Source: Chloropicon primus
Taxonomy: Eukaryota
Direction of reading: 5' to 3'
Assembly: GCA_023205875.1 (NCBI GenBank)
Contig: CP060757.1
Span: forward strand, 1,054,001 to 1,118,000
Length of the DNA stretch: 64,000 nucleotides
The notes beneath the pieces are model-generated. The model worked only from the letters and a program-made list of their open reading frames with translations, ran no database searches and was not told the DNA's origin. Position 1 is the first letter of the stretch. Each line of letters starts with the position of its first letter. Below, one piece after another: positions 49,839-59,177 of the stretch. The position numbers and the translations under genes were made by a program.

Positions 49839-51161
49839 ATGGGGCTCGGGCCGAGGCGTATCGGTGGACCGCGGAAGGGGAGCGGGCTGGTATGGCAGCT
49901 GGTGCAACTTGTTTCCCTCCTGGGATTCATCTCTTGGGTCTTGAGCGCGAGTATGACGAAAACCAAAGACCTCGTGCCAGAAAACGGTGCTGATCAGATC
50001 CTCAGGCAGTACAGCAAAGAGGAGAGAGCCCCCTCAGCTCAAGCGGGCAAGTCGAAGGAAATCGACCAGGAGCTCCTCCAGCAGCTGACAGATGCCCTCG
50101 GGAGCAAGGAGGACAGCGAGCTTTGGCTTCGAAGCCATCCTCGACTGGTGGAGTACTGGCAAAACAGGGCGATAAGAAAGTTCTCCATTCGAAGCATGAA
50201 CCACGAGAGGTTCAACGCCCTCAGGGAGAAGGGCTTGTCTGAGGAGGCGGCGTACTTCATGAGCTTCGCGGAATACCCGGAGAGAAAGGCCCTCTTCATA
50301 TCGAGCGAGAACGTGAAAACTCTCAAGGCGGGGCAGATGCCTTCGAAGAAAGCCATTGAGAACTTCTTGCCAAGGGAGAGCCCCCAGACACGTTTTGAGA
50401 CCTGTGCTGTGGTTGGGAACGGCGGGGTGCTCAAGAGGTACGCCTTTGGAAGCGCAATCGACACCCACCAAGCCGTCTTCAGGCTGAATCAAGCCCCGGT
50501 GAAGTCTTACGAGAAGATTGTGGGGTCGAAGACGACTTACAGAGTCCTGAACAACAAGTGGACAACGGTGTACTTTGAGGACAATGTACCGAGCACGACC
50601 GTTCCCGGGGGGACGAAGCAGCTCGCTCGCTACCTGATCAATCAGGAGAAGCCAAACACGACTTTCGTTGTGACGAGATCCGAGAGCAGGATCTTTGAAA
50701 GCTTGGCCTCCACCCAGCGCAGACGGAGGCCAGACATGGACACCCTCTACATGAGTCCGCACATAATTCGAGAGTGCAGGAAGATGCTGATCGCTTACGG
50801 GGAGATGTCCAGCGGGGAAGAAGTCCCGACGGAGATCACCCCATCCACGGGTCTAGTCGCAGTCTACCTTGCCATGCAGATGTGTTCTGGGGTGTCGGTG
50901 TACGGGTTCAACCTCCTTGACGGAAAGAGGAAAACCGACATGAAGGAGGCAAACACCACTTACCACTACTTCAAGCACTATGCGGACAGCGAGAAGCTCA
51001 TCGCCCACCCCCACCACGAGTTCAAGCTCGAGGGTCAGCTGTACCAAGCTCTCCAAGAGAACGGGGCCGTGAGACTCTGCGGGGGAATTCAGTCAGACAG
51101 TCTGTTGGTGGAAGACGGGGACTGCAAATTCAGAGCCGAAGAGCTTCCGCCAGGTGGGTGA
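49839..51161 (+). CDS. GT29 sialyltransferase-like glycosyltransferase (type II membrane)
   Basis: L motif CAVVGNGG...IDTHQAVFRLNQAP...VGSKTT; S motif PSTG...C..V.VYGF; motif III YHYF; VS motif H....E. Confidence 0.93.
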   Translation: MGLGPRRIGGPRKGSGLVWQLVQLVSLLGFISWVLSASMTKTKDLVPENGADQILRQYSKEERAPSAQAGKSKEIDQELLQQLTDALGSKEDSELWLRSHPRLVEYWQNRAIRKFSIRSMNHERFNALREKGLSEEAAYFMSFAEYPERKALFISSENVKTLKAGQMPSKKAIENFLPRESPQTRFETCAVVGNGGVLKRYAFGSAIDTHQAVFRLNQAPVKSYEKIVGSKTTYRVLNNKWTTVYFEDNVPSTTVPGGTKQLARYLINQEKPNTTFVVTRSESRIFESLASTQRRRRPDMDTLYMSPHIIRECRKMLIAYGEMSSGEEVPTEITPSTGLVAVYLAMQMCSGVSVYGFNLLDGKRKTDMKEANTTYHYFKHYADSEKLIAHPHHEFKLEGQLYQALQENGAVRLCGGIQSDSLLVEDGDCKFRAEELPPGG

Positions 51162-51246
51162 ACGATCAACGTGCGAAGGAGGTTCAAGCAAAGCATTAGG
51201 GCGAACGAACAAGGCAACAAACATGTAATGTAACAGTATTAATAAC

Positions 51247-53205
51247 TCATGCCAAAACCTCTTCCGTCTTCATCTCCAGTCTCGCGAAAACGGGCTTGGG
51301 CTTGGCGATTTTCTGGCCTGAGCGCAGCCCACCCCACGCAGTGTCTTCCCAGCTCACGTTCTCTGGGTCGAACTCCCCCAGTCCGAGCTGCGTGTAAATC
51401 TTCCCTGACAGCCTTGGTGTGATGGGGGAGATGGCGATGGCAACGATGCGCAGCGCCTCCATGATGGAAACCAGGGTCTCCTCCGCCTTCGCCCTGTCCT
51501 CCTTCTCCTCCGACTTGAAGAGCGTCCACGGGGCGGACTCCTCCAGGTACTGGTTGCTCCTCCCAGAGATCGCGAGGATGGCTTCGGAAGCCTGCGCGAA
51601 ATCCAAAGACTCGTATCGGTTGGGCACCAAAGGTATCTGCCTCTCGCAAACTTCTCGGACCGGGTGGTCCACAGGCACAGATGCGGAGTCGAGTGGCAGC
51701 GCCGAAGCGCAATTCTTCTTCAGCAGGGTGAGGGTCCTGTTCAAACAGTTTCCGATGTCGTTGGCGAGGTTGGCGTTCACGATGTTCACGAACCTCTCCT
51801 CCTCGAAGTTGCCGTCTTGCCCAAAGTTGATCTCCTTGAGAAAGTAGTACCTCACGGCGTCGCTGCCGTACTCGCTCACGAGCGCGGTCGGCTCCAGCAC
51901 GTTCCCCAAACTCTTTCCCATCTTCAAGCCATCTTTGGTGAGAAATCCGTGGCCAAAAACCTGCTTGGGCAAGGGCATGTCCGCGGCCATGAGCATCGCC
52001 GGCCAGTACACCGCGTGAAACCGAAGTATGTCTTTCCCGATGATGTGGACGTCCGCAGGCCAGCCACTCTTCGTGGCCTCCCTCGCATCCGTTTCCGCTG
52101 GGCCACCCTCCTCACTTGCGCCGAGGAGAGCAGACACGTAACCGAAAAGGGCGTCAAACCAGACGTACACGGTCTGCGACGGGTCCGTCGGAAACTTGAT
52201 CCCCCACTCCACAGCCCCTCTGGAAATGGAAAAGTCCTTGAGCCCGCTTTTGACCCACCCCACCACCTCGTTCCTCCTGGCCTCAGGCATCACGAATTCG
52301 GGGTTATTCTCGAAGAGCTCCTCCAGGTCCTTCTGGTACTTGCTCAACCGGAAAAAGTAATTCTCCTCGTCTTTCACCACGCACTCGGTCTGGTGGATCG
52401 GGCACACGTTCCCCTCCAGCAAGTCGCTGTCGGCCTTGTACTCCTCGCACCCGATGCAGTAGTGCCCCTCGTAACGGGACTTGTAAATATCGCCCTTCTC
52501 CCAAACTCTTTCGATCGCCCTCGAGACAAGCTCCTTGTGGGAGTCCTGCGTGGTCCTCACGTAAGAGTCGTACTGAATGTCCAGCCGCGTCCAGAGCTCT
52601 CGGAACTCGTTCGATATTTTCTCCACGTGCTCGTCGGGGCTCAGGCCTCGGCCCTCGGCGGACAAAGCGATCTTCTCTCCGTGCTCGTCCGTCCCCGTAA
52701 CGAACCTGACGTTCCGCCCACGGAGCCTGTGGTACCTGGCGAGGGCATCGGCCGCCATCGTCGGGTACGCGCTCCCCATGTGCGGCGAGGCGTTCGCGTA
52801 GTAAAGTGGCGTCGTCACCGTGAAGGTCTCCTGCCCCCCCTGGTCCGCCGTTGTCGTCGCACTGCACAGGCAACGCAGAGTGTTCTGTCCGCTGCAGCAA
52901 CCTCTGGCCACCCGACCACCTCCGCAGAGGCCAAAGCTCGCGCTTCCGCTCGCGCTCGACTGGCTCCCGCAATCCCTCCCGTACCACCCACTCCTCGAGA
53001 TGCTCGCCACATCGCTGCCACTCCTCGCTGCAGACGCCCTCCACAGCACGGGCTGCTGCTTCCTCCAGGACGAGAAGAAGACCTCCTTGCCTGCTCGGTT
53101 TTCTCCGACTTTCCTGTTCACCGCAACGCTCCCGTACCCGTGCGTCCTCAGCGACGACGACGCCAGCTTCACCGAGTGCCCCGACCGCCCGCAGTTCGCC
53201 CTCAT
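51247..53205 (-). CDS. metG: Methionyl-tRNA synthetase, organellar (bacterial type)
   Basis: TTPLYYANASPHMGSAY, GTDEHG, YVWFDAL, IGKDILRFH, KMGKS; transit peptide. An alternative ATG lies at 53313. Confidence 0.95.
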   Translation of the reverse strand: MRANCGRSGHSVKLASSSLRTHGYGSVAVNRKVGENRAGKEVFFSSWRKQQPVLWRASAARSGSDVASISRSGWYGRDCGSQSSASGSASFGLCGGGRVARGCCSGQNTLRCLCSATTTADQGGQETFTVTTPLYYANASPHMGSAYPTMAADALARYHRLRGRNVRFVTGTDEHGEKIALSAEGRGLSPDEHVEKISNEFRELWTRLDIQYDSYVRTTQDSHKELVSRAIERVWEKGDIYKSRYEGHYCIGCEEYKADSDLLEGNVCPIHQTECVVKDEENYFFRLSKYQKDLEELFENNPEFVMPEARRNEVVGWVKSGLKDFSISRGAVEWGIKFPTDPSQTVYVWFDALFGYVSALLGASEEGGPAETDAREATKSGWPADVHIIGKDILRFHAVYWPAMLMAADMPLPKQVFGHGFLTKDGLKMGKSLGNVLEPTALVSEYGSDAVRYYFLKEINFGQDGNFEEERFVNIVNANLANDIGNCLNRTLTLLKKNCASALPLDSASVPVDHPVREVCERQIPLVPNRYESLDFAQASEAILAISGRSNQYLEESAPWTLFKSEEKEDRAKAEETLVSIMEALRIVAIAISPITPRLSGKIYTQLGLGEFDPENVSWEDTAWGGLRSGQKIAKPKPVFARLEMKTEEVLA

Positions 53206-53517
53206 TCTCCCTCCTCCTCCAAGCACAAGCAGCACAACCACAAGCCAACACAAGCCACCAGTCTCACTCAACTCACCACCCCCAGCAGCAGAGCTTGTGG
53301 ATAACATGACCATGAGCTTGTTCTGCGAGAGAGCGAACAGGCTTTTTGGCTGAGGAGAGAGAGAGAGAGAGAGGGTGTTGTTGTTGGAAGGGCATGGTGG
53401 GTGAGGGTGCGTGAGGACGGGAGGAGGAGTGAGTGGAGGATTGTTCTCGTTTGAGTTCTGGTGTTTTGAGAGGGGGATACAGATCGAGACGACACAGATC
53501 GAGACTCCACGAGAAGG

Positions 53518-55413
53518 ATGGTGAAGCTGAAGATCAAGGTGCCCCTGAGCGGGAGGGAATCGATAGGTTCGGGCAAGGGGTCACAAGGGAGTAGCGCGGC
53601 TTTGCCGAAGATCAAGATCAAGGGGGCGACGCTGCGGGGAGACAAGGAGGGCGACGCGGCAACGGCATACCGCAAGACGGAGGAGGGGGGGGGGAAGGAA
53701 GGCACCAAAAGTTTGGACGGGAGAGGGCAGCTCGTCTCGAGCGTGCCCTCGGTTTCCAACCTGAGCGACCTCACGATGACCCAGACGCAGCAGAAGGGGA
53801 GCCTGAAGACAGGGGACTTCCCTGACCACGCCAGGGTCTCGGACTTCAGGCTGGCGAGCTTCGAACAGATCGCGTCCAACCTCGTGGAGCAAGCGTACCG
53901 GTCTCTCCAAGAGGTCTGCATCAACACCTCGGGGGGCGACGTGAGCGATGAAGACAGGAAGCGAAAGCTTCTGAGGTACGTCAACGAGACCAGGCAGAGG
54001 CTGATCCGTCTGCTGGTTCTGGCGTCCTGGCACAAGGCGGAGGCCAAGAAAGTTACGGTTCTGGAGCAGTGCATGGTTTTGTTGCAAGGTTGCGAGAACT
54101 TCAATTTGGGGTTGAGGACGGTGAGCGACAACTTGGCCCTTCTGCACGACGAGCTCAGGAACCTTTTCCAGCCGCGCTACGATGTCAGCACCGCGCTGGA
54201 CTTGATCTGCAACGAGGAGCTCCCCCTCATGCCCTCGTGCTTGGAGGACATGAAGAGCCCGAGGAATCCGGTGGGCGGCGTGAGCGCTTCCGGGGCCGCC
54301 GCGCTCAAGAGGCTGTCCACTATGACGTACACGAAACTCCTGGGGCTGAGGGACGGCCTCGTGAATGACTTTGGGGTGGAGCTGGAGGTTAGGAGCGGAA
54401 GAGCGCACATCGTTTCGCCAGGTCTATTCGAAGTCGTGGCCGCCCTCAATCCAATGGCGATGGACTTGACAAAGACGGAGGACGCAAAGGGCGACTCGGG
54501 TTCCGGGTCGGAGTGGGACATCCTGAGCGTGAAGCTGTTGATGGGGTCCTGCGAGAACTGTGAGATCCTCTCCGAGGACCAAGTGAAGAGGATGACCTTC
54601 CAGCTTCAGCAATTGCTACTGGCGGACTCCGACAAGGAAACGAAGGGGATGCTGGGGCTGGTGAAGAACCTGAAAGAGCTTTGCTCCAAACTCGTGATTT
54701 ACACGTGCTCTTTGCAGCTGAACAACCTCTTGTCCGAGAATCAGAAGGGCAAGCTTAGGAAACTGGTTCAGAAAGAGGACTCGTCTCAGACCGGCCTGCT
54801 TCGGTGCCTTTACTGGGTCGAATCCAAGAAGAACGCTAGAACTTTCGTGGAGCTCGGCTTGGATGAGAGTGGAAGGTACTCGTGCAAAAACGTTTGCCAC
54901 TCCGAGTCCTGCGAGATCGAGGAACACTTCGATATCGACACCAAAGAGATCAGCATGGAGAAGATAATCTGGCAAGGAGCGAGCTTGGCGTGCGAAGCTA
55001 TCATCGCTCGCTTGTGCGAAAAGCTAACGACGAGTTCGAGGATGAAGGCAATGGGATCGCTTTCTGTCGCGACCGACAAGAGCAAAGCCGGCAGGGCGAC
55101 TGGCTTGACCATCTACTGCGAGGGAACCAGTGTCCTGGGAGCGAAGGTCGATGTCTGCACAGGCGTCATGCTCTTGTTTCAGAGCAACAGCGACTGGACC
55201 AACCCCGAGCTGCTGAATCGCTTCAGGCACAAACACGCGGAGGCGCTGGCCACGGCTGCAGATGTGCTTGGGAGCGAGCAGCGCTTGGCACAGCTTGCAG
55301 AGAGCTTTGTTGGTCTCCTCGGCAGGTTGCGCGAGGGGGCTCTGGCGACGACGACGTCCTCGGCAAGTTTGGAGATAAAATCCAGAAAGAGGAAGCTCGA
55401 GCAGGCAGCTTGA
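53518..55413 (+). CDS. MED14: Mediator subunit 14-like (short form)
   Basis: DEDRKRKLLRYVNETRQRLIRLLVLASW and PRYDVSTALDLI match the MED14 N-terminal domain. Confidence 0.8.
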   Translation: MVKLKIKVPLSGRESIGSGKGSQGSSAALPKIKIKGATLRGDKEGDAATAYRKTEEGGGKEGTKSLDGRGQLVSSVPSVSNLSDLTMTQTQQKGSLKTGDFPDHARVSDFRLASFEQIASNLVEQAYRSLQEVCINTSGGDVSDEDRKRKLLRYVNETRQRLIRLLVLASWHKAEAKKVTVLEQCMVLLQGCENFNLGLRTVSDNLALLHDELRNLFQPRYDVSTALDLICNEELPLMPSCLEDMKSPRNPVGGVSASGAAALKRLSTMTYTKLLGLRDGLVNDFGVELEVRSGRAHIVSPGLFEVVAALNPMAMDLTKTEDAKGDSGSGSEWDILSVKLLMGSCENCEILSEDQVKRMTFQLQQLLLADSDKETKGMLGLVKNLKELCSKLVIYTCSLQLNNLLSENQKGKLRKLVQKEDSSQTGLLRCLYWVESKKNARTFVELGLDESGRYSCKNVCHSESCEIEEHFDIDTKEISMEKIIWQGASLACEAIIARLCEKLTTSSRMKAMGSLSVATDKSKAGRATGLTIYCEGTSVLGAKVDVCTGVMLLFQSNSDWTNPELLNRFRHKHAEALATAADVLGSEQRLAQLAESFVGLLGRLREGALATTTSSASLEIKSRKRKLEQAA

Positions 55414-55543
55414 TGAAAGGTGCGCGCCAGCACGTTGTGGGCCCTGAGGAGTAAAAACGATATTGCTGGGCGGTGTAGACAAGAAGTATTTGTATTAAAC
55501 AAAGGGTTATAAAAATACACTTTTCGAGGTCGTGGAACCACCT

Positions 55544-56378
55544 CTATTTCGGCTCTCCTTGGCTCAATATCTTGGGCAAGTGGGCAGCAATGCTCTCGAA
55601 AATTTCGTTCACGTTATGTGCAGTCTTCGCGCTCGCTTCAATGTATTCCATCGCGTTCTCGTCGGCGTATTCCTTGGCTTCCTCAGCGCTCACGTCCCTG
55701 TCCGCCTCCATGTCGCTCTTGTTTCCGACAAGGATGATCACGATCTCCTGACTTGCGTTCTTCTGGAGCTCCTTCACCCAATGCTTGGCCTTGGCAAAGG
55801 AGTCCTTGCTCGTTATGTCGTACACAATGGCAGCTGCGCTCGCTCCCCTGTAATAAAGAGGTGCCAGAGAAGCGTACCGCTCCTGGCCAGCAGTGTCCTG
55901 TTTCGTTCGTCGAGCACGGGCTGAGCGTCAGCAACACGAGGGCACGGTATTGTCGTCTGTCGCTGACCCAGCGGGCCCACAAAATCTCACGCGCACGCGC
56001 ACACACACTCTCCTCTCAACAAGTCTTTTCTTTCCAACGCTCGAACCCACACCCACACCCACAACACACGAGGTGCTCTTCGCGTTCACTTACCCAAATC
56101 TCGAACTTGACCGTGGAGCTGTCCGGAAGAGCCACAGGATGCGACATGAAAGCCGCACCCACGGTCACCTTGCTGCTAGGATCAAACTGACCGCGAACGA
56201 AGCGCAGGACCAAACAACTCTTTCCAACTCCACTGTCTCCGAGAAGCACCATCTTTATGCGAGGCATACCCCCCGCCGCTCCTCGCGCCCCTCCTCCATT
56301 CCCTCCCCCGTCCAGGCCCCTCACGGCCTTCTCCCCTTGCCTGTCCCGCCCACCTGACTTGCTGTTGGCACAACCCAT
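55544..56378 (-). CDS. RABF1: ARA6/RABF1-type Rab5 GTPase; 2 exons (56378-56094, 55897-55544)
   Basis: N-terminal MGC acylation motif, [31 protein letters not shown]; no C-terminal prenylation Cys. Confidence 0.93.
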
Positions 56379-56465
56379 GGTCCTTCCACCCTCTCTCTCT
56401 CACTCTCTCCCTCCCTCTCTCTCCTCTGCTCTGCTCTCCTTGTCGTGTGCACAGAATTGGATAGG

Positions 56466-57076
56466 ATGAGCGCGGCGCGCGTTCTGAGGAGTTACTTGCA
56501 CAAGTGCGGTCCGGTGATGGGGCTCAAGGGAAGGTTGCCGTCGTCGTCGTCGCAAGACTGGCAGAAGTCCCGACCGAACGTTCGAGTGGTGGGAAAAGAG
56601 GCGTTTTCGACCCAGGCGGCAGCAGGAAAGAGGGAACCTGCAGGGGGGAGCAGCTTGGCCAAGCCAGACTTGAGGAAGCTCGCGCAGCTCGCGAAGGTGT
56701 CGCTGACGGAGGAGCAGATCGAAGACTTCCAGCCAAAGGTGGACAGGGTCGTGGACTGGTGAGTTGGGCTGCCGCGTTTTTCTTGACGCAGAAGTGCGCT
56801 CGCTTTGAGCTTCTCTTCCGCTGACCCCCTCGTTCTCTGATGATGATGATGATGATGATGGCTTTGTTGGCCCTCCCCCCTAGGTTTGCTCAACTGCAAG
56901 AGGTGGACCTCGAGGAGTCCGAGATCCAGGACTTTGAGGTCGTGGACACGGCAGGGAGGTCGGAACTCCGGGAGGACGTGCCCAGAGAGTACGAGAATAG
57001 GGAAGAGTTGCTCAGTCAGATTCCTTTGATGGAAGGGGAGTACATCAAACTACCGAAGACGACGACGGAAGGCTAA
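56466..57076 (+). CDS. gatC: Glu-tRNA(Gln) amidotransferase subunit C, organellar; 2 exons (56466-56758, 56884-57076)
   Basis: PDLRKLAQLAKVSL...VVDW|FAQLQEVDL...LREDVP...YIKLPK; intron 56759-56883. Confidence 0.9.
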
Positions 57077-57213
57077 GCTTATCTTGTGTGTAGTTCAATA
57101 AATTACAAAAAAAGGAATACAAGTCGCCCGGCCCAGGGATGACTTTTGAAATGCGCGACTGCTGCTGCTGCTGCTGCTGCTGCTAGAATTATACACGTTG
57201 GCCAACCCACCCT

Positions 57214-57714
57214 TCACTCCTTCTTCCCGACCTCTCCCTTGGACTTGAAACCCTCGACCGGCTTGGGATAGGGGTTCCCGATCTGGTAAAGCCTGCACAT
57301 CTTCTCGTACCACTCCCTATTCAGTGGCTGGAACTCTTCGGGAAGCTTGGAGTGGTCGAGGAAGTCGACTCTCTTCTTCATCCTGATATTCCTTTCCGGA
57401 AGCTCGTAAGGCACGAGCTCGACGCCCTCGTACTTTGGGCCAACAAAGTCGTGCTCCGGTCCGGGGAAGATTTGCAGCTTCCTCGTTCGAAGCTTCCTCA
57501 AGTTGTTCTTCGGCAGCATGCCCGACACCGCCTTCCTCAATATCACTGTGGGGTCCATTTCCCACTGCTCCTTTGCCGTTCTCTCCTTCAGTCCGCCGGG
57601 GTACCCCGTGTGCCACCTGTGAAACAGATTTCAACCGTCGAGAAGAAGCGGACTCGCTCGTCAGCGATCGAGCTCACGGACCCGTCCCCGAACTCTGCAC
57701 GGACGCACGCACAC

Positions 57715-57755
<41 letters not shown>

Positions 57756-58051
57756 CTGTAGAGCTTGTTTTCGAACTTCCTTCCAGTGAGCTCGATCTCT
57801 TTCGCGTTCACCACGACCACGACATCCCCCGCGTCTTCGCTCGGATTGTACGTCGGCTTGTCCTTCCCCTGCAGTATCTTCGAAAGGTGCGAGGCCAAAC
57901 GCCCCAAGACCACCCCCTTCGCGTCCACTATTCTCCACCTCAATTTCTCCGCTCCCTCCACGTTTTTCAACAACTTCTCCTGGTTCCAAGGCAACTCCTT
58001 CCTCTTCACCCAGTTGTACCCAACCACATAAGGCATTCTCTGTCGTCCCAT
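57214..58051 (-). CDS. rplM: Ribosomal protein uL13, probably mitochondrial; 2 exons (58051-57756, 57616-57214)
   Basis: [54 protein letters not shown]; intron 57755-57617 contains a (CT)n tract. Confidence 0.93.
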
Positions 58052-58321
58052 CGCTCCTTCCTCCTCCCGTTCAACCCAAACTCCTCCTTCTCTCCTTCTC
58101 TCCTCTCGGCGCGTGGCTCTGGCCGGCTCGCGTGACGGAACGTCCTTCAGCGAAACGAGCCGCCAGGAGAGAGGGACTGCAGGGCGAAGGAAGAGGAAGG
58201 CGTTGGTTGGTTTGCTTGGGCAGAAGGGAAGGGAAGGTGTCGACCTTGTGAGGTGCAGGGGCGAAAGGGTGTGCAGGGGCTTGGTGAGGAGAAGGAGAGT
58301 AACAAAGGAGAAGAGGTAGCG

Positions 58322-59059
58322 ATGGCTGTCAGGGCACAGTTCGAGAACTCGTGCGACATCGGCGTGTTTTCGACGTTGACGAATTCCTATTGTTTGGTGG
58401 CTCTGGGAGCGTCGGAAAACTTTTACAGCGTGTTCGAGGCGGAGCTCGCGGATCACATACCGGTGGTGAAGACGAGCATCGCCGGGACGAGGCTCGTGGG
58501 AAGGATGTGCGTGGGGAACAAGAACGGGCTTCTGCTGCCTCACACCACGACGGACCAGGAGCTGATGCACATAAGAAACTCCCTCCCCGACGAGGTGATT
58601 GTCCAGAGGGTCGAGGAGCGGCTTTCGGCCCTGGGGAACTGCATAGCGGTGAACGACTACGTGGCCCTCATCCACCCGGATCTCGATAGCGCGACGGAGG
58701 AGATCATCAGCGACGTCCTCGGGGTAGAGGTGTTCAGACAAACCATAGCCGGAAACATCTTGGTGGGAAGCTACTGTAAGTTCACGAATCAGGGCGGGAT
58801 CGTGCACCCCAAGACGACCGTGGAGGACCTGGACGAGCTCTCGTCGCTGCTTCAGGTGCCGCTCGTCGCGGGAACCGTGAACAGGGGAAGCGACGTCATC
58901 GGGGCAGGGCTTGTATCAAACGACTGGAGTGCTTTCACTGGGATGGACACCACCTCGACGGAGCTCGCTGTTATTGAGAGCATCTTCAAGCTGAGGAGCG
59001 CCCAGCCATCGCAGATTGTGCACGACATGAGGTCCACGATTATCGACTCCATGATGTAA
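58322..59059 (+). CDS. EIF6: Eukaryotic translation initiation factor 6
   Basis: [39 protein letters not shown]. Confidence 0.98.
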   Translation: MAVRAQFENSCDIGVFSTLTNSYCLVALGASENFYSVFEAELADHIPVVKTSIAGTRLVGRMCVGNKNGLLLPHTTTDQELMHIRNSLPDEVIVQRVEERLSALGNCIAVNDYVALIHPDLDSATEEIISDVLGVEVFRQTIAGNILVGSYCKFTNQGGIVHPKTTVEDLDELSSLLQVPLVAGTVNRGSDVIGAGLVSNDWSAFTGMDTTSTELAVIESIFKLRSAQPSQIVHDMRSTIIDSMM

Positions 59060-59177
59060 GAAGAAAGCGCGAAAAGGGAAACACAAACTCTTGGGCCGAG
59101 AACGAAAACATAAAATCCATCACAGCATTTTGTAATCTACACCTTCCAAGGCCAGGCCACCCTCCCCGTGGGGTGGC

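Noticed and set aside
13068..51161. Glycan-related genes (MPDU1, EBM, PDI, GT29) as a cluster
   Set aside because: They are widely spaced and interleaved with unrelated housekeeping genes; no evidence of functional clustering.
56838..57751. (GAT)n, (TGC)n and (CT)n tracts
   Set aside because: Ordinary microsatellites in introns and UTRs.
57752..58807. 351-aa ORF suggesting a fusion to uL13
   Set aside because: The upstream part is antisense to eIF6; the real uL13 starts at 58051 and is spliced.
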